From assembly GCA_035500035.1 (NCBI GenBank), contig DATJXP010000294.1, positions 1 through 41,626 on the forward strand: 41,626 nt of DNA. Reading direction: 5' to 3'. This DNA is from Candidatus Acidiferrum sp. Lineage in GTDB: Bacteria > Pseudomonadota > Gammaproteobacteria > Pseudomonadales > Pseudohongiellaceae. Positions 18,444 through 26,510 of the stretch are shown in pieces (positions within the stretch are counted from its first letter, which is position 1; each line of letters opens with the position of its first letter). The translations under genes and the position numbers were made by a program. The notes below the pieces were generated by a model. That model was given only the letters and a program-made list of their open reading frames with translations. It searched no databases and was not told where the DNA came from.

Positions 18444-19023
18444 CCCTCACGGTGACGCGGCCCAGCTCATCGACATCGATCGCGGTGGTGCAGGATTGAT
18501 GGCCGCGCGCGCACAACTGCAAACTGAACGGTGTGCCTTCCCGCTGCGGACTCAACAGGATTTCCGGGCGAAAGCGTGGATTGGCCGCACCGTTCGTCGT
18601 CGCCAGCGCCTGTTGCGGCTCCGGTTGCAGCGTCGAACCGTCAACCGTCAGTTGCCATTCGAGTTCCGCCGGCAGCAGGTAGTCGGCGGCACTGGCATGC
18701 AGCAACGCGGGATCGGCGTTCTGCCAGCGTTTGCCATCGTGCCACAGCCAGCGATAACCGCTGGCATTGTTACCGTCGGCCGTCGTCCGCATGAAGAAGT
18801 CGAGGCCCCACTCGTTGCCGCTTTGCACCGCTTCCAGCGCCGCCAGTTGCAATTGCCCGGCAAGCTGCGTCGCTACCTGCCGCTGCGAGGACGGGCTGCC
18901 GGAGAAATCCAGCGTCAAGCCGGCGCCGACCAGCAAACCCAGCAGCAACAGCACCATCATCAGTTCGAGCAGCGTGAAGCCGCGCTGCGGCGCGGGCTCA
19001 GAATTCGACGTCGGCGTCTTCAC
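18424..19023 (-). CDS. gspH: Type II secretion minor pseudopilin H
   Basis: RGFTLLELMMVLLLLGLLVG prepilin N-terminus. I assigned the GTG at 19023 as the start because the track ORF extends, Arg-rich, across gspG. The start is uncertain. Confidence 0.7.
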   Translation of the reverse strand: MKTPTSNSEPAPQRGFTLLELMMVLLLLGLLVGAGLTLDFSGSPSSQRQVATQLAGQLQLAALEAVQSGNEWGLDFFMRTTADGNNASGYRWLWHDGKRWQNADPALLHASAADYLLPAELEWQLTVDGSTLQPEPQQALATTNGAANPRFRPEILLSPQREGTPFSLQLCARGHQSCTTAIDVDELGRVTVRDGDAQR

Positions 19024-19465
19024 CGTCGCCTCCGCGCTTGCCGTCGGCGCCCAGGCTCCACAACGAGTACTCCTTGCTGCCATCGGTGGAAGGCGCCAGG
19101 TACAGGTAGTCATTGCCCCACGGATCGCGCGGCAGTTCGCGCACGTAACCGCCTTGCTTGTAGTGCGGCGGCAGCGGCGCCTGCGACGGTGACTGCACCA
19201 GCGCCTGCAAACCCTGGGCAGTGGTCGGCACGCTGCGATTGTCGAGCTTGTACACGCCGAGCGCAGTGGCGAGCAGCGCGAAATCGGCCTGGATCTTCTG
19301 CTGGCGCGCAGTCGCCGCCCGCGAGAAATACACCGGCACCGCAATCCCCGCCAACAAGCCGATGATCACCAAGACGACTAGCAGCTCCAGCAAGGTAAAC
19401 CCCGTAGGGGCACGCCATGGCGTGCCCAAACAACAACGGCGCCACTCGACGCGATATCTCGACAT
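18998..19465 (-). CDS. gspG: Type II secretion major pseudopilin G
   Basis: GFTLLELLVVLVIIGLLAGIAVP followed by the conserved GspG core (QQKIQADFALLATALGVYKLDN...WGNDYLY). Unusually long 22-aa leader if the ATG at 19465 is used; an alternative TTG at 19429 gives a 10-aa leader. Confidence 0.9.
   Translation of the reverse strand: MSRYRVEWRRCCLGTPWRAPTGFTLLELLVVLVIIGLLAGIAVPVYFSRAATARQQKIQADFALLATALGVYKLDNRSVPTTAQGLQALVQSPSQAPLPPHYKQGGYVRELPRDPWGNDYLYLAPSTDGSKEYSLWSLGADGKRGGDGEDADVEF
19407..19426. repeat. 20-bp perfect palindrome inside the gspG leader-peptide coding region
   Basis: GGGCACGCCATGGCGTGCCC is its own reverse complement and centres on CCATGG. Confidence 0.9.
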
Positions 19466-19469
19466 GCCT

Positions 19470-20684
19470 TCACCCCACCAGCGTGTTCATCTGCATGATA
19501 GGCAGCAGCACCGCCAGCACGATGGTGCCGATGATCACCGCCATCAACACCAGCAACAGCGGCTCCAGCACCTTCAACAGTCCATTGAGCGTTTGTTCGA
19601 GCTCCTGTTCCTGCATCGCCGCCGCGCGGCCCAGCATCTGCTCCAGCGTGCCGCTGCTTTCGCCGCTTTGCACCAGTTGGATAAGAAGTGGCGGGAACCT
19701 GCCGCTGGCGTCGAGCGCGCGCGCCAGCGAACCGCCTTCTTCGACCGTTTGCGCGGCACCGGCGGCAGCCGCGCGCAGCACCAGGTTGTTCATCACGCCG
19801 GCTGCGATACCGAGCGCTTCCACCAGCGTGACGCCGCTTTGCACCAGCAACCCCAGCGTCGAGGCAAAGCGTGCGGTGTCGGCGGCTTGCAGCAACGGGC
19901 CGAGCAAGGGCCAGCGCAAGCACCAGCGATGCCAGCGCAACTGCCAGTTCGGCTGCTGCAACAACATCCGCAGCCACAGCGGAACCGCCAGCAACAACAA
20001 CAGCAACAACGGCCACCAGTGCGCGACGACGCTGCTGAGCGCCATCAACACGCGCGTGAGCAGCGGCAACTGGGCGCCCTGGCGACTGAACAAGTCTTCC
20101 AGCGACGGCAATACCTTGACCATCAACACCGTCACCACCAGCACCGCGACGCTGACCAGCGCGCAGGGATAGATCAGCGCCATCTGCAGTTTGTGCTGCA
20201 ACAGCCGGCGCAGTTCGAGATAGTCGGCGACTTTCTCCAGCACTTCGCCGAGCAGGCCGGCCTGTTCGCCGGCACGCACCAGCGATTGATAGAGCGAAGG
20301 AAACGTCGCCGGATAGGCGGCGAGCGCCAGCGCGAAACTCTGGCCCGCCACCACCTTGCCGCGCAATTGTAGCAATACGGTCTTGGCATCGGCGTGCTGC
20401 GTCTGCCGCGCGGTCGCGGCCAGCGCTTCGTCGAGCGGCACGCCGGCCTTCACCAGCGTCGCCAGTTGCCGCGTCAACAGCACCAGTTGTGTTGCCGGCA
20501 GCCCGCGCGGCGCGCGCAGCAACAGCGTCGTCAGCTGCGGCCTGCCTTGCGAGGGTTCCACCGAAATCGGTTTGAGCTGGCGCGAACGCAGCAGCGTACG
20601 CACCTGGCGTTCGGACTCGCCTTCGATGATGCCGCGGCTGATGTTGCCGTCCGCATCGAGCGCCTGATAGGAAAAGGCAGCCAC
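19470..20684 (-). CDS. gspF: Type II secretion inner-membrane platform protein F
   Basis: The N-terminus (V)AAFSYQALDADGN matches the usual GspF start. GTG at 20684 has GAGGA 8 nt upstream and lies just after the gspE stop. Polytopic membrane protein of about 404 aa. Confidence 0.9.
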   Translation of the reverse strand: MAAFSYQALDADGNISRGIIEGESERQVRTLLRSRQLKPISVEPSQGRPQLTTLLLRAPRGLPATQLVLLTRQLATLVKAGVPLDEALAATARQTQHADAKTVLLQLRGKVVAGQSFALALAAYPATFPSLYQSLVRAGEQAGLLGEVLEKVADYLELRRLLQHKLQMALIYPCALVSVAVLVVTVLMVKVLPSLEDLFSRQGAQLPLLTRVLMALSSVVAHWWPLLLLLLLAVPLWLRMLLQQPNWQLRWHRWCLRWPLLGPLLQAADTARFASTLGLLVQSGVTLVEALGIAAGVMNNLVLRAAAAGAAQTVEEGGSLARALDASGRFPPLLIQLVQSGESSGTLEQMLGRAAAMQEQELEQTLNGLLKVLEPLLLVLMAVIIGTIVLAVLLPIMQMNTLVG

Positions 20685-20694
20685 AGTCCGGTCC

Positions 20695-22191
20695 TCAGCT
20701 GGTGGTGACGCGCAGTACTTCGGCCAGTGCGGTATCGCCGGCCAACACCATCGCCAGCCCATCCTGCAACAAGCTGGCGCTTTGTTTGCGCGCGGCTTGC
20801 GTCAGCGCCGCTTCGCCGGCTCCGCCGTGAATCAGCGCGCGCAATTCGTCGTCGATGCGCACCGCTTCGAAAATGCCGCGCCGATGTTGATAGCCGGTGT
20901 GGCGGCACTCGTGGCAACCCACGGGACGGTGCAACATAGGAGCTGCTGCCGTTTCCAGGTCCAGTACACGGCATTCGCCTTCATCTGCGCGGTAAGCCTG
21001 TTTGCAATGCGGGCACAGCAGCCGCACCAGTCGTTGCGACAGCACTGCCACCAGGCTCGACGCCAGCAGGAACGGCTCTATCCCCATGTCCTGCAAACGC
21101 GTGATGGCGCCGATCGCGGTATTGGTGTGCAACGTGGTCAACACGAGATGCCCGGTCAGGCTGGCCTGCACCGCGATGCGCGCGGTTTCGCCGTCGCGGA
21201 TCTCGCCGAGCATCACCACGTCCGGGTCCTGTCGCAAAATCGAACGCAATCCGTGCGCGAACGTGAGACCCACCTTGGTGTTGACCTGGGTCTGGCCGAC
21301 GCCGGGCAACGTGTACTCGACCGGATCCTCGATGGTGAGGATATTCTTGCGGCCGTCGTTGATGTGCATGAGACCGGCGTACAACGTGGTGGTCTTGCCG
21401 GAACCGGTGGGGCCGGTGACGAGGATGATGCCGTGCGGAATCTGTAATGCGTCGCGATAGCAGTGCTGCGCCGGCGGCGGCATTTTCAGATCCTGCAACT
21501 GGATGCGGCCGCTCTGCTTGTCGAGCAAACGCAGCACCACGCGTTCGCCGTAAGCGGACGGCAGCGTCGACACGCGGATGTCGAGCGCGTGGCCGGCAAG
21601 GCGCACGCTGATGCGGCCGTCCTGCGGCAACCGTTTTTCGGCAATGTCGAGCCGCGCCATCACCTTGATGCGCGACACCAGCAACGGCGCCAGCAAGCGC
21701 TTCGGCGCCAGCACTTCGTTCAACACGCCGTCGGTGCGAAAACGCACGCTGAGGCGGTCTTCGTAGGTTTCGATGTGGATGTCGGACGCTCGTTCACGCA
21801 GGGCCTGCGCGATCAGCGCATTGATCAGCCGGATCACCGGCGCGCTGTCCTCGCCTTCCATCAGATCGCCGGTGGTGGGAATGTCGTCGGCCAGCCGCGC
21901 CAGATTGGTGTCGGCGCCGAGATCTTCCGCCACCTGCAACGCTTCGCTGTCGTCCTTGGCGAACGCCAGTGCGAGCTGACGCTGGAATTCGGCCGCACTG
22001 AGCGCTTGCAAGCGATAGTTGCCGTTCAACACACGCCCCAATTCGGCCAGTACCGCACTCGACAGGCCCGGGCGATGCAGCACCAGCGGCGGCGTTACGC
22101 CGGTGTCGAGCAGCACGCCGTGTTGCTGGGCAAACTGGAACGGTACCTGCGCGGGAAGAGAATTGTCGGTGAACGAAGGAGCGGCTGTCAT
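20695..22191 (-). CDS. gspE: Type II secretion ATPase E
   Basis: Walker A GPTGSGKTTT and tetracysteine motif CPHCK...CHECRHTGY. Start is either the ATG at 22191 (GGGGG upstream) or the ATG at 22206, which overlaps the gspD stop (ATGA). Confidence 0.9.
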   Translation of the reverse strand: MTAAPSFTDNSLPAQVPFQFAQQHGVLLDTGVTPPLVLHRPGLSSAVLAELGRVLNGNYRLQALSAAEFQRQLALAFAKDDSEALQVAEDLGADTNLARLADDIPTTGDLMEGEDSAPVIRLINALIAQALRERASDIHIETYEDRLSVRFRTDGVLNEVLAPKRLLAPLLVSRIKVMARLDIAEKRLPQDGRISVRLAGHALDIRVSTLPSAYGERVVLRLLDKQSGRIQLQDLKMPPPAQHCYRDALQIPHGIILVTGPTGSGKTTTLYAGLMHINDGRKNILTIEDPVEYTLPGVGQTQVNTKVGLTFAHGLRSILRQDPDVVMLGEIRDGETARIAVQASLTGHLVLTTLHTNTAIGAITRLQDMGIEPFLLASSLVAVLSQRLVRLLCPHCKQAYRADEGECRVLDLETAAAPMLHRPVGCHECRHTGYQHRRGIFEAVRIDDELRALIHGGAGEAALTQAARKQSASLLQDGLAMVLAGDTALAEVLRVTTS

Positions 22192-22202
22192 GTCGCCCCC
22201 TG

Positions 22203-24272
22203 TCATTTTGCCGGAGCGGGCGTGGAGCCGCCGCCCTGCTGCAGCTGCTGCAACTTCAGCTGCCATTCGGGCAACAGCGGCAACGGCTGCGAGGTGCTGC
22301 CGGCTTTTTCCAGTTGTTCGGCGCGGATCGCACTGTATTTGAGCGCGGTGGCCGCTTCCATCTGCCGGTTCTCGCGCATGATCGACGCGCGCAGGAACAC
22401 CATCAGATGCGTCTTGCTGCCGGCATCCGACGTGCTGCGGAACAGGCGACCGATGCCGGGAATGTCGCCGAGCAGCGGCACCTTCTGGTTGTTCTGGTTA
22501 AGCGAGTCTTCGATCAAGCCGCCGAGCACGACGGTCTGGCCATCATTGGCCAGCACGGTAGTGTCGATCTTGCGCTCGTTGGTGATCGGGTTGTTGTTCA
22601 GCAGCGTGCTGCCATCCAGCAAGCTCGACACTTCCTGCGACAGTTGCAATACCAGCGAATCGCCTTCGTTGACGTGCGGCGTCACCTTCAGCGTGATACC
22701 GACGTTGACGCGCTCGACAGTCTGGAACGGGTTGCCGGGATTCGACGACGTATTGCCGGTGCTGGTATAGGAACCGGTGACGAACGGCACCTTGCGGCCG
22801 ACAGTGATGACCGCCTGTTCGTTGTCGAGCGTCAGCAGCGATGGCGTCGACAGGATATTGGCGGTCTTTTCCGTCTCCAGCGAAGTCAACAGCACGTTGA
22901 AACTCAAATCGCTGCCCAGGCGGCCAACACCGAGCACCTGACCCGGCACGCTCGCCAGTGCCTGCGCCAACGGAGCGCGGATATCGACCGGATTGCCGCT
23001 GGCATCACGCTGCGCACCCGCCAATGCAGCACCGGCAATCGCGGATGAGGTGGCGGAGCCGGTGCTGGAACTGCCGTAGAAACCCTTGTCGTTCTCGAAC
23101 AGCCACTGCACCCCGATGTCCTTGCCGCGATCGCCGCTCAATTCGACGATGATGGCTTCCACCAATACCTGTGCCTTGCGGATGTCGAGCCGCGCGATGA
23201 CGTTCTTCAGCGTCTGCAGCGTTTCGGCATCGGCGGTGATGATCAGCGAGTTGGTCGCGGTGTCGGCGACGACGCTGCCCGCATTGCCGCCGGCAGGCGC
23301 TGCGCCTTCCTTGCCGGCCGGGGCCGGGGCGGCGGCACCGCTGCCGATCAGCCCGCTCAACAGCGGCGCCAGCACTTCGGCGCGCGCGTACTGCAGATTG
23401 ACCACGTTGACCTTGCCGTCCTGCGTCAGCGGACTGTCGAGCTGGTTGATCAACGGCAGGTACTTGGCGATCTGCACCTGTTCACCGCTGACGATGATGC
23501 TGTTGGTACGCTCATCCGCCACCAGTTGCACCGGCGCATTCGCCGCGGTTTCGCCCGCGCCGCGCAATTTGACCAGCAATCCCACCACGTCGGCAGCAGC
23601 GGCATTTTTCAACGTGACGATCTGCGTCTGCTTCACCGACGAGCGATCGATGAATTGCACCATGGTGCGGATGCGCTCGATGTTGGCGGCACTGTCGGTG
23701 ATGACGATGGAGTTGCTCGGGGTATAGGCCGTCATCTGCGCTTCGGCTGCGGCGAGCGGGCGCAGGATGGGCACCAGTTGTTCGGCTGCCACGTTGGCGA
23801 CCTGGATCACCTGCGTGACGACGCCGCCGCCATTGCCGGGCGACTTGTCGAGACTGAGCGGCACCGCCTGTTCGCGCGCCATCGCCGCCGGCAGGATGCG
23901 CACGACGTCGCCGGCTTCGACCGCGGCATAGCCGTGCACCTTCAATATGGAAAGAAACAACTGGTACAGCTCGGCGCGATTGACGGCCTTGGACGAAATC
24001 ACCTGCACGCTGCCCTTGACCGCCGGATCGACGATCAGCGTCTTGCCGGTGGCATCGGCAACGAAAGTGATCAGCTCGCGGATGTCGCCGTCGCGGTAGT
24101 TGACGGTCCAGGTCGGCTCCGCGCCGCTCTGTTGTTGCTGGTTCTGTTGCTGCTGACCCTGCTGTTGCGGACCCTGTGCCAGCACGGCTGTGCCAACCAG
24201 GACCAGCGCCACCGCCAGTACCACCCGGTGCAGGCTGTTGCGCAATCGATGTGGGGAAAACGAGAAAGCCAC
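22203..24272 (-). CDS. gspD: Type II secretion outer-membrane secretin D
   Basis: 689 aa with a signal peptide, N-domains and secretin C-domain (VPLLGDIPGIGRLFR). GTG start. Gln-rich tract GPQQQGQQQQNQQQQSG follows the signal peptide. Confidence 0.9.
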   Translation of the reverse strand: MAFSFSPHRLRNSLHRVVLAVALVLVGTAVLAQGPQQQGQQQQNQQQQSGAEPTWTVNYRDGDIRELITFVADATGKTLIVDPAVKGSVQVISSKAVNRAELYQLFLSILKVHGYAAVEAGDVVRILPAAMAREQAVPLSLDKSPGNGGGVVTQVIQVANVAAEQLVPILRPLAAAEAQMTAYTPSNSIVITDSAANIERIRTMVQFIDRSSVKQTQIVTLKNAAAADVVGLLVKLRGAGETAANAPVQLVADERTNSIIVSGEQVQIAKYLPLINQLDSPLTQDGKVNVVNLQYARAEVLAPLLSGLIGSGAAAPAPAGKEGAAPAGGNAGSVVADTATNSLIITADAETLQTLKNVIARLDIRKAQVLVEAIIVELSGDRGKDIGVQWLFENDKGFYGSSSTGSATSSAIAGAALAGAQRDASGNPVDIRAPLAQALASVPGQVLGVGRLGSDLSFNVLLTSLETEKTANILSTPSLLTLDNEQAVITVGRKVPFVTGSYTSTGNTSSNPGNPFQTVERVNVGITLKVTPHVNEGDSLVLQLSQEVSSLLDGSTLLNNNPITNERKIDTTVLANDGQTVVLGGLIEDSLNQNNQKVPLLGDIPGIGRLFRSTSDAGSKTHLMVFLRASIMRENRQMEAATALKYSAIRAEQLEKAGSTSQPLPLLPEWQLKLQQLQQGGGSTPAPAK

Positions 24273-24287
24273 GCGCGGGTCCGTTGG

Positions 24288-25163
24288 TCAGGGAGTCATC
24301 GTCATCTGCAGGGTCAGCGGCTGGCCGTCCCGCAACAGCGAAAATGATACGTCAGTGGGGCGGTTCATCAAATTGTAGAGTTCCGGCAGGTTGGCCATGT
24401 CGGTGAGCGATATGCCGTTGACGGAAGTGAGGATGTCGTTCTGCTTGAAGCCGAGCTGCACGAATTCCTTCAGGCGCGGACCGGGCGACACGCGATAACC
24501 CAGCAGATGCGCGTTGCCGACAGCCGGCTCCACCGCGATGATCTCGGCCAAACGCGCGGCTGCCTTGCGGATCTGTTGCGGTGCCGCCTGCAGCAACGCG
24601 GCGGCTTGCGCCGCGGTCGGCGTTACGACGGCGGCGGCACGGTTGCCGGCTGCCGCTTTGTCCGTTGGTTGCGTTCTGTTCTTGTCCTTGTTGTACAGCC
24701 ACAGTACCTGCTCGATACCGTTGTTGCGGATCACGACATGATCGGCAGCCACGTCGCCCAACGTGACGTTGCCGCCGCCGGGCAGGCTGTCGCCGATGCG
24801 GTAACTGTGCTGACGGCCGCCACTAACGATCAGCGCGCGGCTGTTGCTCTTGGGCAACGCCAGCACCACTCCTTCAAGACCGAGATCGAGTTCGGTGGTG
24901 GCGAGATTGGCGAGCGCGGCGGCGCCGTTATCGTTGTGGTGGGCTCCGAACAACGCCAGTGTCTGTACCGCGGCCACGTCGACTGTGCGAGATGTGACCG
25001 GCGTCACATTGGCGCCGGCATCGGGTAGAGTGGCCAGCGTCGACCACTGATCCGCCGCCCACCACAGCCGCAACACCAGCGCTACCATCAGTACTGCCGC
25101 TGCCAATACCGGCAAATTGACGCTACCGGCAATGACCCGGCGCTGGCTGGTTTGAGCGTGCAT
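24288..25163 (-). CDS. gspC: Type II secretion protein C (PDZ domain)
   Basis: N-terminal TM (LPVLAAAVLMVALVLRLWW) and a C-terminal PDZ-like domain (GYRVSPGPRLKEFVQLGFKQNDILTSVNGISL). First gene of the cluster. Start is either the ATG at 25163 or the TTG at 25187. Confidence 0.8.
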   Translation of the reverse strand: MHAQTSQRRVIAGSVNLPVLAAAVLMVALVLRLWWAADQWSTLATLPDAGANVTPVTSRTVDVAAVQTLALFGAHHNDNGAAALANLATTELDLGLEGVVLALPKSNSRALIVSGGRQHSYRIGDSLPGGGNVTLGDVAADHVVIRNNGIEQVLWLYNKDKNRTQPTDKAAAGNRAAAVVTPTAAQAAALLQAAPQQIRKAAARLAEIIAVEPAVGNAHLLGYRVSPGPRLKEFVQLGFKQNDILTSVNGISLTDMANLPELYNLMNRPTDVSFSLLRDGQPLTLQMTMTP

Positions 25164-25284
25164 CAGGCTCGGCACGGATTTTTGCAATGACGATTACAAG
25201 GGTGCCGGCAGCTTACCACAGACCCGCGCCGTTACGGGCCGCGTTGGCAATGCCCGCGCCATTCAGGCTGCGTCCAGTTAAACG

Positions 25285-25314
25285 CTGACAGTGCAAGCGA
25301 CGTGTTTGTATAAT
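25285..25314 (+). promoter_or_regulatory. Strong sigma70-like promoter facing the kinase/STAS/mla genes
   Basis: -35 CTGACA (25285-25290), 18-nt spacer, perfect -10 TATAAT (25309-25314). This implies a leader of about 245 nt before the ATG at 25565. Confidence 0.5.
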
Positions 25315-25413
25315 CCCGCCCTGAACGTACGACTTGCCGGAATACGGCCAGCACCGCTCGCTTGCGGTTCAGCGCGGCATCTGATCACCAACGAGAGTTC
25401 GACTGTGATCGTG

Positions 25414-25482
25414 TGATTGATTAATTGATCGATTGTCTGATTGGTTAATTGGTTAATTGGTTAATTGACTGATTGATCGATG
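25414..25482. repeat. AT-rich repeat tract: TTGGTTAA x3 in tandem, flanked by TGATTGAT-type motifs
   Basis: tgattgattaattgatcgattgtctga-TTGGTTAA-TTGGTTAA-TTGGTTAA-ttgactgattgatcgatg. The tandem copies lie at 25441-25464. Composition contrasts sharply with the GC-rich surroundings. Confidence 0.9.
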
Positions 25483-25564
25483 CAACCGAACGACGCTGAG
25501 CATCAAGGTACCAATGACAGTTGCCTGTTCGTCACGCCACGAAGACCAGGAGCCCCTAGGGCTT

Positions 25565-26056
25565 ATGACAGGGGTTATGACAGCCACCCAGCAATTACTG
25601 GCCTGCCAGTTTCCAGCCTGCGCCGAAGAGATGGGCAGCGTGCGGCTGAAACTGCGCAAGGCGCTGGAACAACGCGGATTGGCGGAACCGGCTGTGAACG
25701 ATCTGGTGCTGGCGGTGGGCGAGGCCTGCATGAACATCATGCAACATGCCTATGGCCAGCAGGACAAGGGCGACATCGTGCTGGAGGTGGAAATGAAGGA
25801 AGAAATGAAGCAGGTGGAAACGACGAACGCAATGCGTCTCGCCGGCAACGGCAAGCCGTCGCGCCAGTTGGTGTTCCGGCTGACGGACTTCGCCCGGCAC
25901 AAGTCCAGCGCAGCGGAAATGAAGCCGCGTCCACTCGACGAGATTCGTCCCGGCGGCCTCGGCTGCCACATCATCAACCAGGTGATGGATGAAGTGGTGT
26001 TGCTGGACCGCGGCGGACAGAGCGGCAATGTGCTGGAACTGCGCAAGCGGGTGTAG
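25565..26056 (+). CDS. RsbW/SpoIIAB-like anti-sigma-factor-type serine kinase (GHKL ATPase)
   Basis: N-box GEACMNIMQHAY. The C-terminal block RPGGLGCHIINQVMDEV parallels the SpoIIAB G2/lid region. Size about 163 aa. Start is uncertain (ATG at 25514, 25565 or 25577). Confidence 0.75.
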   Translation: MTGVMTATQQLLACQFPACAEEMGSVRLKLRKALEQRGLAEPAVNDLVLAVGEACMNIMQHAYGQQDKGDIVLEVEMKEEMKQVETTNAMRLAGNGKPSRQLVFRLTDFARHKSSAAEMKPRPLDEIRPGGLGCHIINQVMDEVVLLDRGGQSGNVLELRKRV

Positions 26057-26061
26057 CGGCG

Positions 26062-26138
26062 GTTGGACGAGCAGTTGGACGAGCAGTTGGATGGACGAGC
26101 GGTTGATAGAGCAGAAAAGATGTCACACAAGTCACACA
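26062..26138. repeat. Two sets of short tandem repeats in the kinase-STAS spacer
   Basis: GTTGGACGAGCA (26062-26073), GTTGGACGAGCA (26074-26085), GTTGGAtgGACGAGCG (26086-26101) and GTTGAtAGAGCA (26102-26113). Then GTCACACA-a-GTCACACA (26122-26138). Confidence 0.9.
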
Positions 26139-26166
26139 GAACGTACAGGAGCGCCTGACGGCCTTT

Positions 26167-26496
26167 ATGGAATGCAACCTCAAATCGGAAGCGGGCTTTG
26201 ACCTGCTCGAACTTGCCGGCGAAGTCGATCTGCATTTTTCGCCCAAATTGCGCGAAACCGTGCTTGCTTCGCTCAAGAACGGCAAACCGTTGCTGATCGA
26301 CATGGGCAAGGTCAGCTACATCGACAGCTCCGGCATCGCGTCGCTGGTGGAAGGATTCCAGGCCGCGAAAACCGCCAAGCTGCAATACGGCCTGCTCGAC
26401 ATCAGCAAGACCGCGATGCAGGTGCTGACGCTGACGCGCCTCGACAAGATCTTCGAGCTGTATACCAGTCTCGACCAGTTCAAACTGAAGCTCTAA
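26167..26496 (+). CDS. STAS-domain protein (RsbV/SpoIIAA-like anti-sigma antagonist; possible MlaB equivalent)
   Basis: 109 aa with a conserved phospho-acceptor loop, VSYIDSSGIASLVEG. Its stop lies 14 nt upstream of mlaF. Confidence 0.85.
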   Translation: MECNLKSEAGFDLLELAGEVDLHFSPKLRETVLASLKNGKPLLIDMGKVSYIDSSGIASLVEGFQAAKTAKLQYGLLDISKTAMQVLTLTRLDKIFELYTSLDQFKLKL

Positions 26497-26510
26497 GGCC
26501 CGCCAACGAC

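Noticed and set aside
25441-25464. TTGGTTAA x3 as a possible CRISPR or mobile-element terminal repeat
   Set aside because: The repeats are only 8 bp, directly abutting with no spacers. There are no cas, transposase or integrase genes and no matching inverted copy in the window.
26054-26159. In-frame extension after the kinase TAG stop (RRLDEQLDEQLDGRAVDRAEKMSHKSHRTYRSA) as programmed read-through
   Set aside because: I recognise no read-through context, and the open frame is short and a by-product of the tandem DNA repeats. It is kept only as a side note in the repeat finding.
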